The notes: a model not told the origin generated them from the letters alone. A stretch of DNA of 64,000 nt from an uncultured Massilia sp. (GCA_963529995.1 CAUSCY010000008.1:26933-90932); one strand, 5' to 3'. Counted from the stretch's first letter, positions 51,647 through 60,918 are shown. A program made the numbers and translations.

Positions 51647-52396
51647 ATGCCTCTCCCTACCCAGGTCGACACCCAAGACCCCGTGTTGACGACTGCTGCG
51701 GCCGCACGCCTGCTGGGCGTGGCCGTCAGTACCGCCCAGCTCTGGCTGGAAAGCGGTGCCCTTCCCTCCTGGAAAACGCCGGGTGGCCATCGCCGCGTCC
51801 GGCTCAGTGCCGTGACCCGGCTGCTCGAAGAAAAAGCCGGACGCAGCCAGGGGGCCGCACCGCCCCCCGTCCTCGCTCACGATCCCGAATTCCTGCCTGC
51901 GGCCGTGCCGCGCTATCCCGTGCCTGCCGACGAGCGGGCGCGCCTGGCGGCGCTGCACGCCAGCGGCCTGGTCGACAGCGCGCCGGAAGACGTGTTCGAC
52001 CGCCTGACCTGGCTCGCGACCCAGGTCACCGATTGCCCGATCGCGCTGATCACGCTGCTGACCTCCAAGCGCCAGTGGTTCAAGTCGCGCGTCGGCCTGG
52101 AAGTACCGGAAACCGCGCGCGACATCGCGTTCTGCAGCCATACGATCATGCAGCGCGAACCCTTCACCGTGGAGGATGCGGCACGCGATCCGCGCTTCGC
52201 CGACAATCCGCTGGTGACGGAAGCGCCGCATATCCGTTTCTACAGCGGGGTGCCGCTGCTCGATGCCGCCGGCCATGCCTTCGGCACGCTGTGCGTGATC
52301 GACCGCGAGCCGCGCCGCCTGCGCGACCGCGAAATGAAGGCGCTCGCCGAACTGGCGACGATCGCCTCGGAAGAATTGCAGCGCCGTACCGGCTAG
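51647..52396 (+). CDS. HTH (excisionase/MerR-like) - GAF domain regulator
   Basis: LTTAAAARLLGVAVSTAQLWLESGALPSWKTPGGHRRV HTH. The GAF domain is a paralogue of the divergent neighbour's (RARLAALHASGLVDS...KRQWFKSRVGL). Confidence 0.75.
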   Translation: MPLPTQVDTQDPVLTTAAAARLLGVAVSTAQLWLESGALPSWKTPGGHRRVRLSAVTRLLEEKAGRSQGAAPPPVLAHDPEFLPAAVPRYPVPADERARLAALHASGLVDSAPEDVFDRLTWLATQVTDCPIALITLLTSKRQWFKSRVGLEVPETARDIAFCSHTIMQREPFTVEDAARDPRFADNPLVTEAPHIRFYSGVPLLDAAGHAFGTLCVIDREPRRLRDREMKALAELATIASEELQRRTG

Positions 52397-52797
52397 GCCG
52401 GCTGGGCGGGATCAGTCCCGGCGCGGTGCTTCTTGACGATGGCCATGACGGTGGTGCGGATGGTACGCAGCACCGTGTCGGCCTTGAACGGCTTGACGAT
52501 GAAACCGTGTATGCCGCGCGCCACCGCCGCCTGCACGGTGGGCGCATCGAGCGTGCCCGACACCATGAAGATCAGGGTCTTGGGCAGCTCGGCGCGCAGG
52601 CGCTCGACGATGTCGCTGCCGTCCTCGACCTGTTCGCGCGCGATGCAGGCGATGTGCGGATGGTACTTGATCGCCAGCGCATAGGCGGCGACACCGGTAT
52701 GGGCCTGGCCGGCCACTTCGTAGCCGCCCTCGGTGAGGACGGTGTTGAGCAGGCCGCGCGAGATCGCGTTCGAGTCGACAATGATCGCCTTGAGCAT
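52393..52797 (-). CDS. single-domain CheY-like receiver lacking the phospho-acceptor Asp
   Basis: Start ATG 52797 (MLKAIIVDSN...). Conserved S/T (FMVSG) and Lys (IVKPF), but HIACIAREQVEDG replaces DxxxxDxxMPxxDG. Confidence 0.7.
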   Translation of the reverse strand: MLKAIIVDSNAISRGLLNTVLTEGGYEVAGQAHTGVAAYALAIKYHPHIACIAREQVEDGSDIVERLRAELPKTLIFMVSGTLDAPTVQAAVARGIHGFIVKPFKADTVLRTIRTTVMAIVKKHRAGTDPAQPA

Positions 52798-52822
52798 CGT
52801 TGGATTCCTTGTTTCGTTCCGT

Positions 52823-53596
52823 TCAGGCCTCGTAGGCCAGCATGTTCCAGGTGACGCCGAGGCGCACGTCCAGCTTGAGCTGGACCAGTTTGCGCGAGAC
52901 CTCGAGGACCTCGCGTTCGGCGCGCAGGCGTTCGCCCAGCGGCGTCTTGAGGATGCCGGCGCCGGCGATGACGGCATCCAGGTCGCCATAGGCATTGAGC
53001 AGGCGCGCCGCCGTCTTCATGCCGATCTTCGACACGCCCGGCACGCCGTCGGTGGGGTCGCCCATCAGCGCCAGCAGGTCGTGCAGGCGTTCGGGCGCGA
53101 CGCCGAAGCGATTGCGCACCCAGGCATCGTCGTGCCACTCGCCCTTGAAATGATCCCACACCAGGGCGCCATGCGCGACCAGGATGTGCAGGTCCTTGTC
53201 GGTGGTGGCCACCACCGCCTCGCCGCGCCCTTCCGACAGCCAGCGCATGACGCCGGTGGCGATGACGTCGTCGGCTTCCACCTCCGGCAGCGCCAGCACG
53301 TGCAGTCCGGCCGCGCGCAGGCGCTCGTGGAATTCCGGCAGCGCCGCGCGCAGCACCTCCGGCATCGGCGTGCGGCCCTCGCGGTAGCGCGGGTACAGCG
53401 CATGGCGCCAGTTCGGACCGCCGTAGTCGAAGGCGGCCAGCACGTGGGTCGGCGCATGCGCCTCGAGCAGGTTGCGGAACGACGAGAATGCATGGCGCAG
53501 CGCGATGCTCGCCTTCAGGTCCGAGTCCGGTTCGGGACTCGCCTCGTACACGCGGCGCACGATATTCAGTCCGTCGATGGCCAGCAGCTTCGCCAT
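52823..53596 (-). CDS. xni: flap endonuclease Xni (5'-3' exonuclease family)
   Basis: Start ATG 53596 (MAKLLAIDGLNIVRR). EADDVIAT, ATTDKDL, H3TH GDPTDGVPGVSKIGMKTAARLL. Confidence 0.85.
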   Translation of the reverse strand: MAKLLAIDGLNIVRRVYEASPEPDSDLKASIALRHAFSSFRNLLEAHAPTHVLAAFDYGGPNWRHALYPRYREGRTPMPEVLRAALPEFHERLRAAGLHVLALPEVEADDVIATGVMRWLSEGRGEAVVATTDKDLHILVAHGALVWDHFKGEWHDDAWVRNRFGVAPERLHDLLALMGDPTDGVPGVSKIGMKTAARLLNAYGDLDAVIAGAGILKTPLGERLRAEREVLEVSRKLVQLKLDVRLGVTWNMLAYEA

Positions 53597-53618
53597 GTCC
53601 TTCCGCCCCGCCCTTTCC

Positions 53619-54302
53619 TTACTTGACGAAATCGTACTTGCCGCCCCGTGCCAGCGCGCGCTGGTAGGCCGGGCGCGCACGGATGCGCTCGAGGAAGGCC
53701 ACCAGGTTCGGATACTGCCCGTCCAGCCCGCCGCGCGCGGCCGCCGCTTCCAGCGGGAAGCTCATCTGGATGTCGGCCGCCGAGAACGCGCTGCCGGCGA
53801 ACCAGGTGCGCTTGCCCAGCTCTCCTTCGAGGAAGGCCAGGTGCTGGCGGATCTGCGGCATCACGAACGTGTCCTTGACCTTGGCGGCGATGCCTTTCGC
53901 GATCGGGCGCACGAAGAACGGCGCCGGGCCGCTCTCGACGCGGTCGAACACCAGCTTCAGCAGCAGCGGCGGCATCATCGACCCTTCCGCATAGTGCAGG
54001 AAATAGGTGTAGTGCAGGCGCTCGGGCGTGCCGACGGCAGGCGCCAGCGGCCCCTCGGCGCGGCCATCGCCATGGCGCCCGACCAGGTATTCGAGGATGG
54101 CGCCGGATTCCGCCACCGTGACGTCGCCGTCCGTGATCACGGGCGCCTTGCCGAGCGGGTGCACGGCGCGCAGCTCGGGCGGCGCCAGCATCGTCTTCGG
54201 GTCGCGCTGGTATTTTTTGATCTCGTATTCCAGGCCGAGTTCCTCCAGCAGCCACAAGATGCGCTGGGAGCGGGAATTGTTCAGGTGATGGACGACGATC
54301 AT
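53619..54302 (-). CDS. glutathione S-transferase
   Basis: Start ATG 54302 (MIVVHHLNNSRSQRILWLLEELGLEYE). HPLGKAPVI...ESGAILEYL. Confidence 0.85.
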   Translation of the reverse strand: MIVVHHLNNSRSQRILWLLEELGLEYEIKKYQRDPKTMLAPPELRAVHPLGKAPVITDGDVTVAESGAILEYLVGRHGDGRAEGPLAPAVGTPERLHYTYFLHYAEGSMMPPLLLKLVFDRVESGPAPFFVRPIAKGIAAKVKDTFVMPQIRQHLAFLEGELGKRTWFAGSAFSAADIQMSFPLEAAAARGGLDGQYPNLVAFLERIRARPAYQRALARGGKYDFVK

Positions 54303-54467
54303 GGGATTCCGTACGGTAATGATGGTCACCAGCATAACACTGTTGCCGGCAGGGCCAAAACTGACGGAAGCACATCACTCCGGAACGTAGCCTCTGAGCA
54401 ACTTTCACCCGGCGACGGAATGGCGCGCGTCCGGGAACTAAACAACGGAGCTGGCAGGCACGCACGA

Positions 54468-54496
54468 TTGCATGCAGCAACACCCTTGGGTACTAT
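54468..54496 (+). promoter_or_regulatory. candidate sigma70 promoter (TTGCAT-N17-TACTAT)
   Basis: Hexamers at 54468-54473 and 54491-54496, about 65 nt upstream of the hydrolase start. Pattern match only. Confidence 0.4.
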
Positions 54497-54559
54497 GCTT
54501 TGATGCAACTTTTGACAACGTTGCTCTTTCAGACCCCAACCAGTATCCGTGGAGTGTTC

Positions 54560-56485
54560 ATGTCGCGCCTGCCGTCCCTGTCCGTCCTTCCCCTCCTCCT
54601 GCTGTCGGCCCTGCATGGCGCCGCGCTGGCCCAGACCGCGCCGATGGCGCCCGACATTCCCGCCACGCCGTTCGCCGCCACGGTGCCGAACGCCGACTAC
54701 GTCAAGCAGGAATTCATGATCCCGATGCGCGACGGCGTGAAGCTGTACACCGTGGTCGTGATCCCGAAGGCGGCCATGCAGGGCAAGGCGCCGATCATGC
54801 TGACGCGCACCCCGTACAACGCGGCCGGCCGCGCCGGCCGCATGAAGAGCCCGCACATCACCTCGATCCTCGGCGACGGCGACGACGCCTTCATCGAGAA
54901 CGGCTACATCCGCGTGTTCCAGGACGTGCGCGGCAAGTACGGCTCGGAAGGCGACTACGTGATGACGCGCCCGGTGCGCGGCCCGCTCAACACGACCCAG
55001 GTCGACCACAGCACCGATGCCTTTGACACCATCGATTGGCTGGTCAAGAACATCCCGCAATCGAACGGCAAGGTGGGCATGGTTGGCTCCTCGTACGAAG
55101 GCTTCACCGTCCTGATGGCCCTGGCGGAGCCGCACCCGGCGCTGAAGGCGGCCGTGCCGATGAGTCCCATGGTCGACGGCTGGCGCGGCGACGACTGGTT
55201 CCACAACGGCGCGTTCCGCAACCAGGCCGTGCCCTATATTGCCAGCCAGAACACGGCGCGCGGCCGCGGCGAGCAGCTCGTCACGGGCGTCTACGACGAC
55301 TACGAGGCCTACCTGCGTGCCGGCTCGACCGCCGACTTCGCCCATGCCTACGGCGTCGACCAGCTGAACTTCGTGAAGAAGCTGTTCGAGCATCCTGCCT
55401 ACGACAGCTTCTGGCAGGAGCAGGCGCTGGACCGCATCCTGGCCAAGCGCCCGCTCACCGTGCCGACCATGACCGTCGTCGGCCGCTGGGACCAGGAAGA
55501 CATCTACGGCGCCTACGCCACCTATGCCGCCGTCGAGCCGCAGGACAAGACGAACAAACTGAACTCCCTGGTCGTGGGCCCGTGGCGCCACAGCGGCGTG
55601 AACTACGATGGTTCGACGCTGGGCGCGCTGAAATTCACCGGCGACACCGCCCAGCAATTCCGCCGCGACGTCATGCTGCCCTTCTTCAACCAGTACCTGA
55701 AGGATGGCGCGCCGGCCTTCGACACGCCGCCCGTGTGGTCCTACCAGACCGGCGTGAACCGCTGGCGCCGCCTCGACCAGTGGCCGCTGGCGCAGGCAGT
55801 CAAGCCGCTGTACCTGAAGCCCGGTTTCGGCCTCGGCTTCGACAAGATGGAAGGCAAGGTCGACAAGGCCTCGTCCTTCGACGAATACGTGTCCGATCCG
55901 GCCAAGCCCGTGCCCTTCGTGCCGCGCCCCGTGCGCATGGGCGACGCCAACGTCTGGAAGCCGTGGCTGGTGAGCGACCAGCGTTCCTACTCGGACCGCA
56001 CCGACGTCGTCACCTACGTCACCGGACCGCTGTCCGCGCCGCTGCAGCTGGCCGGCCAGCCGATGGTCAACCTGTTCGCCTCGACCTCGGGCACGGACAG
56101 CGACTGGGTCGTGAAGCTGATCGACGTGTACCCGGACGAGAGCGCGGCCCAGCCGGAGATGGGCGGCTACCAGCTGCCGATCGCGATGGACATCTTCCGC
56201 GGCCGCTACCGCCAGGGCCTGGACAAGCCGGTCGCGGCGACGCCCAACAAGGCCGAGCGCTACCGCTTCGCCCTGCCCAACGTCGACCACGTGTTCCTGC
56301 CAGGCCACCGCATCATGGTGCAAATCCAGTCGAGCTGGTTCCCGCTGTACGACCGCAATCCCCAGACGTTCGTGCCGAACATCTTCCATGCCAAGCCGGG
56401 CGACTACCGCAAGGCCACCCAGCGCATTTATCACGCGCCGGGGCTGGAAAGCGCGATCGAACTGCCGGTCGTCGATGCTGAATAG
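54560..56485 (+). CDS. CocE/NonD-family (X-Pro dipeptidyl-peptidase S15-like) hydrolase, secreted
   Basis: Start ATG 54560 after GGAG. Signal peptide ...LHGAALAQ. Nucleophile elbow GSSYEGF. C-terminal beta-sandwich (HRIMVQIQSSWFPLYDRNPQTF). Confidence 0.85.
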   Translation: MSRLPSLSVLPLLLLSALHGAALAQTAPMAPDIPATPFAATVPNADYVKQEFMIPMRDGVKLYTVVVIPKAAMQGKAPIMLTRTPYNAAGRAGRMKSPHITSILGDGDDAFIENGYIRVFQDVRGKYGSEGDYVMTRPVRGPLNTTQVDHSTDAFDTIDWLVKNIPQSNGKVGMVGSSYEGFTVLMALAEPHPALKAAVPMSPMVDGWRGDDWFHNGAFRNQAVPYIASQNTARGRGEQLVTGVYDDYEAYLRAGSTADFAHAYGVDQLNFVKKLFEHPAYDSFWQEQALDRILAKRPLTVPTMTVVGRWDQEDIYGAYATYAAVEPQDKTNKLNSLVVGPWRHSGVNYDGSTLGALKFTGDTAQQFRRDVMLPFFNQYLKDGAPAFDTPPVWSYQTGVNRWRRLDQWPLAQAVKPLYLKPGFGLGFDKMEGKVDKASSFDEYVSDPAKPVPFVPRPVRMGDANVWKPWLVSDQRSYSDRTDVVTYVTGPLSAPLQLAGQPMVNLFASTSGTDSDWVVKLIDVYPDESAAQPEMGGYQLPIAMDIFRGRYRQGLDKPVAATPNKAERYRFALPNVDHVFLPGHRIMVQIQSSWFPLYDRNPQTFVPNIFHAKPGDYRKATQRIYHAPGLESAIELPVVDAE

Positions 56486-56525
56486 GGGTCAGAGTCCGGT
56501 GTTGGGGTCAAGGGACTCTGACCCC
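56485..56525. repeat. REP hairpin, family D (GGGGTCAGAG...CTCTGACCCC)
   Basis: GGGGTCAGAGTCC-N15-GGACTCTGACCCC, beginning at the last base of the hydrolase stop codon. Confidence 0.8.
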
Positions 56526-56706
56526 GGTGCTCAGCCGCAATCCTCATTCCTCTACGCAACACATTGATTTCATTGGAGAAATTTAGAAGGAAAAATGTCG
56601 CAAGCCGGCGACACGGATACTGAACAGCCAGGACTTTCATCGAAGACAAGAGTACGCTTGGCGTGTTGTTCCCCACAGCACGCCAAGTTTCCATCGAGGT
56701 CCAAAC

Positions 56707-57273
56707 ATGAAGCATCTGATATCCACCTGCGCCCTGCTCGCCTGCAGTGCCCTTGCCCAAGCCCAAACCACCCACTGGACCTTCAGCTACACCGGATTTT
56801 ACGACCGTGAAGCCGCCACTTTCCTGTCCGACATGCACATCGACGGCTCGTTCACGGGCGTCGACGCCAACCTGGACGGCGTACTCGAGCGCAGCGAACT
56901 GACCTCGCTGCTGATCGGCACGCGCGACTACGCCACCTGTGCCGGCGGCGCCCCGGGCAGCTACTGCGGCGCGGACCGGTTCCGTTTTTCGGCCAACGAG
57001 GGACTGTCGTTCAGCCTCGGCGAATACGGCGGCGATCCGGAAGGCTGGTCCGGCGGCGGCTACCTGGTCGAATCGGGCAAGATGAGCTACGAGTACAACT
57101 ACAATCCGGGCGGCAGCTACGAGCACCACCTGGACTGGACCGACGCCACCACGCTCAGCATGACCTCGGTGTCTCCGAGCATCATCACCTCGGTGCCGGA
57201 ACCGGGCGAATGGGCGATGCTGGCCGCAGGCCTGGCCGGCATGTGCGCCTGGTCGCGCCGCCGCCGTTCCTGA
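56707..57273 (+). CDS. PEP-CTERM sorting-domain protein
   Basis: Signal peptide ...ACSALAQAQT. C-terminal VPEPGEWAMLAAGLAGMCAWSRRRRS. Confidence 0.8.
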   Translation: MKHLISTCALLACSALAQAQTTHWTFSYTGFYDREAATFLSDMHIDGSFTGVDANLDGVLERSELTSLLIGTRDYATCAGGAPGSYCGADRFRFSANEGLSFSLGEYGGDPEGWSGGGYLVESGKMSYEYNYNPGGSYEHHLDWTDATTLSMTSVSPSIITSVPEPGEWAMLAAGLAGMCAWSRRRRS

Positions 57274-57288
57274 TCGTTCGACATCGCA

Positions 57289-57329
57289 GGGGTCAGAGCC
57301 CGGTTTTGCTTTCCAGGGGCTCTGACCCC
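57289..57329. repeat. REP hairpin, family D
   Basis: GGGGTCAGAGCCC-N15-GGGCTCTGACCCC, 15 nt after the PEP-CTERM gene stop. Confidence 0.8.
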
Positions 57330-57403
57330 GGTGTTCCACCCGCGGCATAAAACAGTACGACACCGCACCGAACCAGAACGCTCACGTCCGTAGACTACGG
57401 CAC

Positions 57404-58291
57404 ATGGGCACAATCCACATCGGCATTTCCGGCTGGCGCTATCCGGCCTGGCGCGGCGTGTTCTACCCTCCCGGGCTGGTCCAGGCGCGCGAACTCGACT
57501 ACGCGGCACGGCAACTGCCCACCATCGAGCTGAACGGCTCCTTCTATTCGCTGCAACGCCCGAACAGTTACGCGGCCTGGTACGACGCAACGCCGCCCGG
57601 CTTCGTGTTCGCCGTGAAGGGCAACCGCTTCCTGACTCACATGCTGAAGCTGCGCGGCGTCGAGACGCCGCTGGCCAACGTGCTGGCGTCCGGCATGTTT
57701 GCGCTGCGCGACAAGCTCGGCCCCATGCTGTGGCAATTCCCGCCGCAGCTGCACTTCGAGCCCGAGCGCATCGACGCCTTTCTCTCGCTGCTGCCGCACG
57801 ACACGGGCCAGGCGCTGGCGCGCGCGCGCGGCCACGACGACAAGCTGGACGGCCGCGCCCTGCTCGAGATCGACGCCGTGCGGCCGTTGCGCCACGCGGT
57901 GGAGGTACGCCACGAGAGTTTCCGCTGCCCGGAATTCATCGCCCTGCTGCGCAAGCACAATGTGGCATTGGTCGTGGCCGACACGGCCGGCAAATGGCCA
58001 GACTTCGAGGACGTGACGGCCGATTTCGTCTATATCCGCCTGCACGGCGAACACGAACTGTATGCGAGCGGCTACGAGGACGATTCGCTGCAGCGCTGGG
58101 CGGACCGGATCCGCGCCTGGAGCACGGGCGGGCAGCGGCAAGACGCGCGCCTGGCTTCGGACAAGGCGCCGGCGCGCAGGAAGAGACGGGACGTGTACTG
58201 CTACTTCGACAACGACATCAAGGTCAGGGCGCCGCAGGATGCGTTGCGGCTGATGGCGTTGCTGGATCTGGAATGGCGGCCGATACATTGA
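57404..58291 (+). CDS. DUF72 (UPF0759) family protein
   Basis: IHIGISGWRYPAWRGVFYP...IELNGSFYSLQ characteristic N-terminus. Confidence 0.85.
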   Translation: MGTIHIGISGWRYPAWRGVFYPPGLVQARELDYAARQLPTIELNGSFYSLQRPNSYAAWYDATPPGFVFAVKGNRFLTHMLKLRGVETPLANVLASGMFALRDKLGPMLWQFPPQLHFEPERIDAFLSLLPHDTGQALARARGHDDKLDGRALLEIDAVRPLRHAVEVRHESFRCPEFIALLRKHNVALVVADTAGKWPDFEDVTADFVYIRLHGEHELYASGYEDDSLQRWADRIRAWSTGGQRQDARLASDKAPARRKRRDVYCYFDNDIKVRAPQDALRLMALLDLEWRPIH

Positions 58292-58293
58292 AA

Positions 58294-58379
58294 CGTCGTC
58301 CCCGCGCAGGCGGGGACCCAATGTTGCTTGCGTTGTCGCGACGCTTCGAACTTGGGTCCCCGCCTTCGCGGGGACGACG
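58294..58379. repeat. MITE-like inverted-pair element, family B
   Basis: Arms CGTCGTCCCCGCGCAGGCGGGGACCCAATGTT ... GAACTTGGGTCCCCGCCTTCGCGGGGACGACG. Confidence 0.8.
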
Positions 58380-58390
58380 TCGTTACTGAA

Positions 58391-58663
58391 TTACCGCTGC
58401 ACGTGCAGCTTGATGACCTTGCGCCCCTGCGCATCGCGCTGCGGCAGCGGCGCCGCCGGTTCGCAGCTGTTGCAGCCGCCGCTGTCGCAACCGCCGCCGC
58501 AGCTCGAACCGGTGTCCAGCCATGCGACCAGCCGGCCCTTGCCGCTGCCGTTCGACAGCTTGTAGACCAGGCGCTGGCGCCAGGCCTCGGGCAGGTATCT
58601 GGCGCCGGCGTACAACGCTGCCAGCAGGACGACGAATGCGACGATCAGGTATTGGACGAACAT
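58391..58663 (-). CDS. FeoB-associated Cys-rich membrane protein (FeoC-position gene)
   Basis: Starts 1 nt after the feoB stop. N-terminal TM helix plus SSCGGGCDSGGCNSCE cluster. Confidence 0.6.
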   Translation of the reverse strand: MFVQYLIVAFVVLLAALYAGARYLPEAWRQRLVYKLSNGSGKGRLVAWLDTGSSCGGGCDSGGCNSCEPAAPLPQRDAQGRKVIKLHVQR

Positions 58664-58664
58664 C

Positions 58665-60554
58665 TCAGCCTCCCATTGCGAGCGCCACGCGGTAGGTGAT
58701 GAACGACGCCACGTAGGCCAGTGCGAACATGTAGCCGGCCATCAGCAGCGCGTAGCGGGTGCGGCCGGTTTCGCGGCGCACCACCGACAGCGTCGACAGG
58801 CACTGCGGCGCGAACACGTACCAGGCCAGCAGCGACAGCGCGGTGGCCATGCTCCACGACGATGCGATGATCGGGGTCAGCGCGGTGGCGACGTCGTCGC
58901 CGGCGGACGACAGCGCATACACGGTGCCGAGGGCGCCCACGGCCACTTCGCGCGCCGCCATGCCCGGCACCAGCGCGATGCAGATCTGCCAGCCGAAGCC
59001 GATCGGCGCGAAGATGAATTCCAGCGCGCGGCCCAGCATGCCGGCCACGCTGTAGTAGATCGGCGGCTGCGTCGCGCCTTCCGGGGCGCCCGGGAAGCTG
59101 GACAGGAACCACACCAGAATCATCAGCGTCAGGATCGTGGTGCCGACGCGGGTCAGGAAGATGCGCGCGCGCTCCCACAGGCCCAGCGCCAGGTTGTGCA
59201 GGTGCGGCCAGTGGTAGGCCGGCAGTTCCAGCATCAGCGGCTGCTGGCCCTTGGCGCCCATGCTGCGCTTCATGAACCAGGCCACGCCCATGGCGCTGAC
59301 GATGCCGATCGCGTACAGCAGGAACAGCACCAGGCCCTGCAGGTTGAAGCCCCAGCCGACCTGGCGGTCCGGGATGAAGGCGGCGATCACCAGCGCGTAC
59401 ACGGGCAGGCGCGCGGAGCACGTCATCAGGGGCGCGATCATGATCGTGACCAGGCGGTCGCGCGGATTCTGGATGGTGCGCGCCGCCATCACGCCGGGGA
59501 TCGCGCAGGCGAACGAGGACAGCAGCGGGATGAAGGCGCGGCCGGACAGGCCCACGCCGCCCATCATGCGGTCGAGCAGGAAGGCCGCGCGCGGCAGGTA
59601 GCCGCAGTCTTCCAGGATCAGGATGAAGAAGAACAGGATCAGGATCTGCGGCAGGAACACCAGCACGCTGCCGACGCCGCCGAAGATGCCGTCGACGATC
59701 AGGCTGTGCAGCGGCCCCGGGGCGATGCCGGCGCTGACCCATTCGCCCAGTGCGCCCACGCCGTCCTTGATGGCGTCCATCACGGGAGCGGCCCAGCTGA
59801 ACACGGCCTGGAAGATCAGGAACATCAGCGCCGCGAGGAGGATGGGACCGGCCACCGGGTGCAGCACCACGCGGTCGATCTGTTCGCTCAGGTTGCCCGT
59901 GTCCTTGTCGTAGCTGACGGTGGCGTCGATGATGCGGCGCACCTCGCGCTGGGTGTCCTCGACCGGCACGGCGTCGATCGCCGACAGCGGCTGCGGCTTG
60001 AGGCCGCCGGCCAGCGGCATCGCGTCGAGCGCGGCCAGCAGGGTCTTCTCGCCGCCGGCCTGGACCGCCACGGTCTCGACCACCGGCATCCCCAGTTCCT
60101 GCGACAGGCGCGCCGTGTCGATCTCGATGCCGCGCTTCCTGGCGACGTCGACCATGTTCAGGGCCAGCACCATCGGCAGGCCCAGGCGCTTGATTTCGAG
60201 GACCAGACGCAGGTTCAGGCGCAGGTTGGTGGCATTGACGACGCAGACGATGGCATCCGGGCTCTGTTCGCCGGCGCGCAGGCCGGCGACCACGTCGCGC
60301 GTGATCGCTTCGTCGGGGGTATGGGCCGTGAGGCTGTAGGCGCCGGGGAGGTCGAGCACGCGCAGGGAGCGTCCGCCGGGCAGCGTGAAGCTGCCTTCCT
60401 TGCGTTCGATGGTGACGCCGGCGTAGTTGGCGACTTTCTGGCGCGCGCCGGTGAGGCGGTTGAACAGTGCGGTCTTGCCGCAGTTCGGATTACCCAGCAG
60501 GGCGATGAGCGGCGTCTTCGTGGCCGCATGGACCTGCTGTTCTACAACTCCCAT
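58665..60554 (-). CDS. feoB: ferrous iron transporter FeoB
   Basis: G-domain LLGNPNCGKT, DLPGAYS. Polytopic C-terminus. Confidence 0.95.
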   Translation of the reverse strand: MGVVEQQVHAATKTPLIALLGNPNCGKTALFNRLTGARQKVANYAGVTIERKEGSFTLPGGRSLRVLDLPGAYSLTAHTPDEAITRDVVAGLRAGEQSPDAIVCVVNATNLRLNLRLVLEIKRLGLPMVLALNMVDVARKRGIEIDTARLSQELGMPVVETVAVQAGGEKTLLAALDAMPLAGGLKPQPLSAIDAVPVEDTQREVRRIIDATVSYDKDTGNLSEQIDRVVLHPVAGPILLAALMFLIFQAVFSWAAPVMDAIKDGVGALGEWVSAGIAPGPLHSLIVDGIFGGVGSVLVFLPQILILFFFILILEDCGYLPRAAFLLDRMMGGVGLSGRAFIPLLSSFACAIPGVMAARTIQNPRDRLVTIMIAPLMTCSARLPVYALVIAAFIPDRQVGWGFNLQGLVLFLLYAIGIVSAMGVAWFMKRSMGAKGQQPLMLELPAYHWPHLHNLALGLWERARIFLTRVGTTILTLMILVWFLSSFPGAPEGATQPPIYYSVAGMLGRALEFIFAPIGFGWQICIALVPGMAAREVAVGALGTVYALSSAGDDVATALTPIIASSWSMATALSLLAWYVFAPQCLSTLSVVRRETGRTRYALLMAGYMFALAYVASFITYRVALAMGG

Positions 60555-60567
60555 TGCATGTTTCCGT

Positions 60568-60837
60568 TCATTCCGGCTGGATCGAGATCAGCGCAGCCTC
60601 GAAGCGGCGCAGGGCAAAGGTGGACTGGCCGACTTTCACGGCCAGCGGGCCGCCCGTCAGGCTGCGCTTGAGCATGCGGATGCGTTCGCCCGGAACGAAA
60701 CCCAGCTCCATCAGGCGGCGCGACACGTCGATACCGCCGTCGCGCTCGCTCGTCGCGCTCGGCTGCAGCGTGATCACGGTGGCGCTCTGGCCGGCCTTGA
60801 GGGCGTCGAGCGTGGTCAGGGTGGGGGCAAGAGTCAT
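60568..60837 (-). CDS. feoA: ferrous iron transport protein FeoA
   Basis: Start ATG 60837 (MTLAPTLTTLDALKAGQSATV). SH3-like FeoA pattern RLMELGFVPGERI. Confidence 0.85.
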   Translation of the reverse strand: MTLAPTLTTLDALKAGQSATVITLQPSATSERDGGIDVSRRLMELGFVPGERIRMLKRSLTGGPLAVKVGQSTFALRRFEAALISIQPE

Positions 60838-60895
60838 GGTGTCGCTTCCGTAAAGATGGTGTAGCGCTGCGGTCACAGATGTGTGCATCATAAAC

Positions 60896-60918
60896 CTAAA
60901 TGCGAATTATTTCTATTT
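60896..60918. promoter_or_regulatory. weak candidate Fur box upstream of feoA
   Basis: CTAAATGCGAATTATTTCT matches about 10 of 19 positions of GATAATGATAATCATTATC. Confidence 0.35.
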
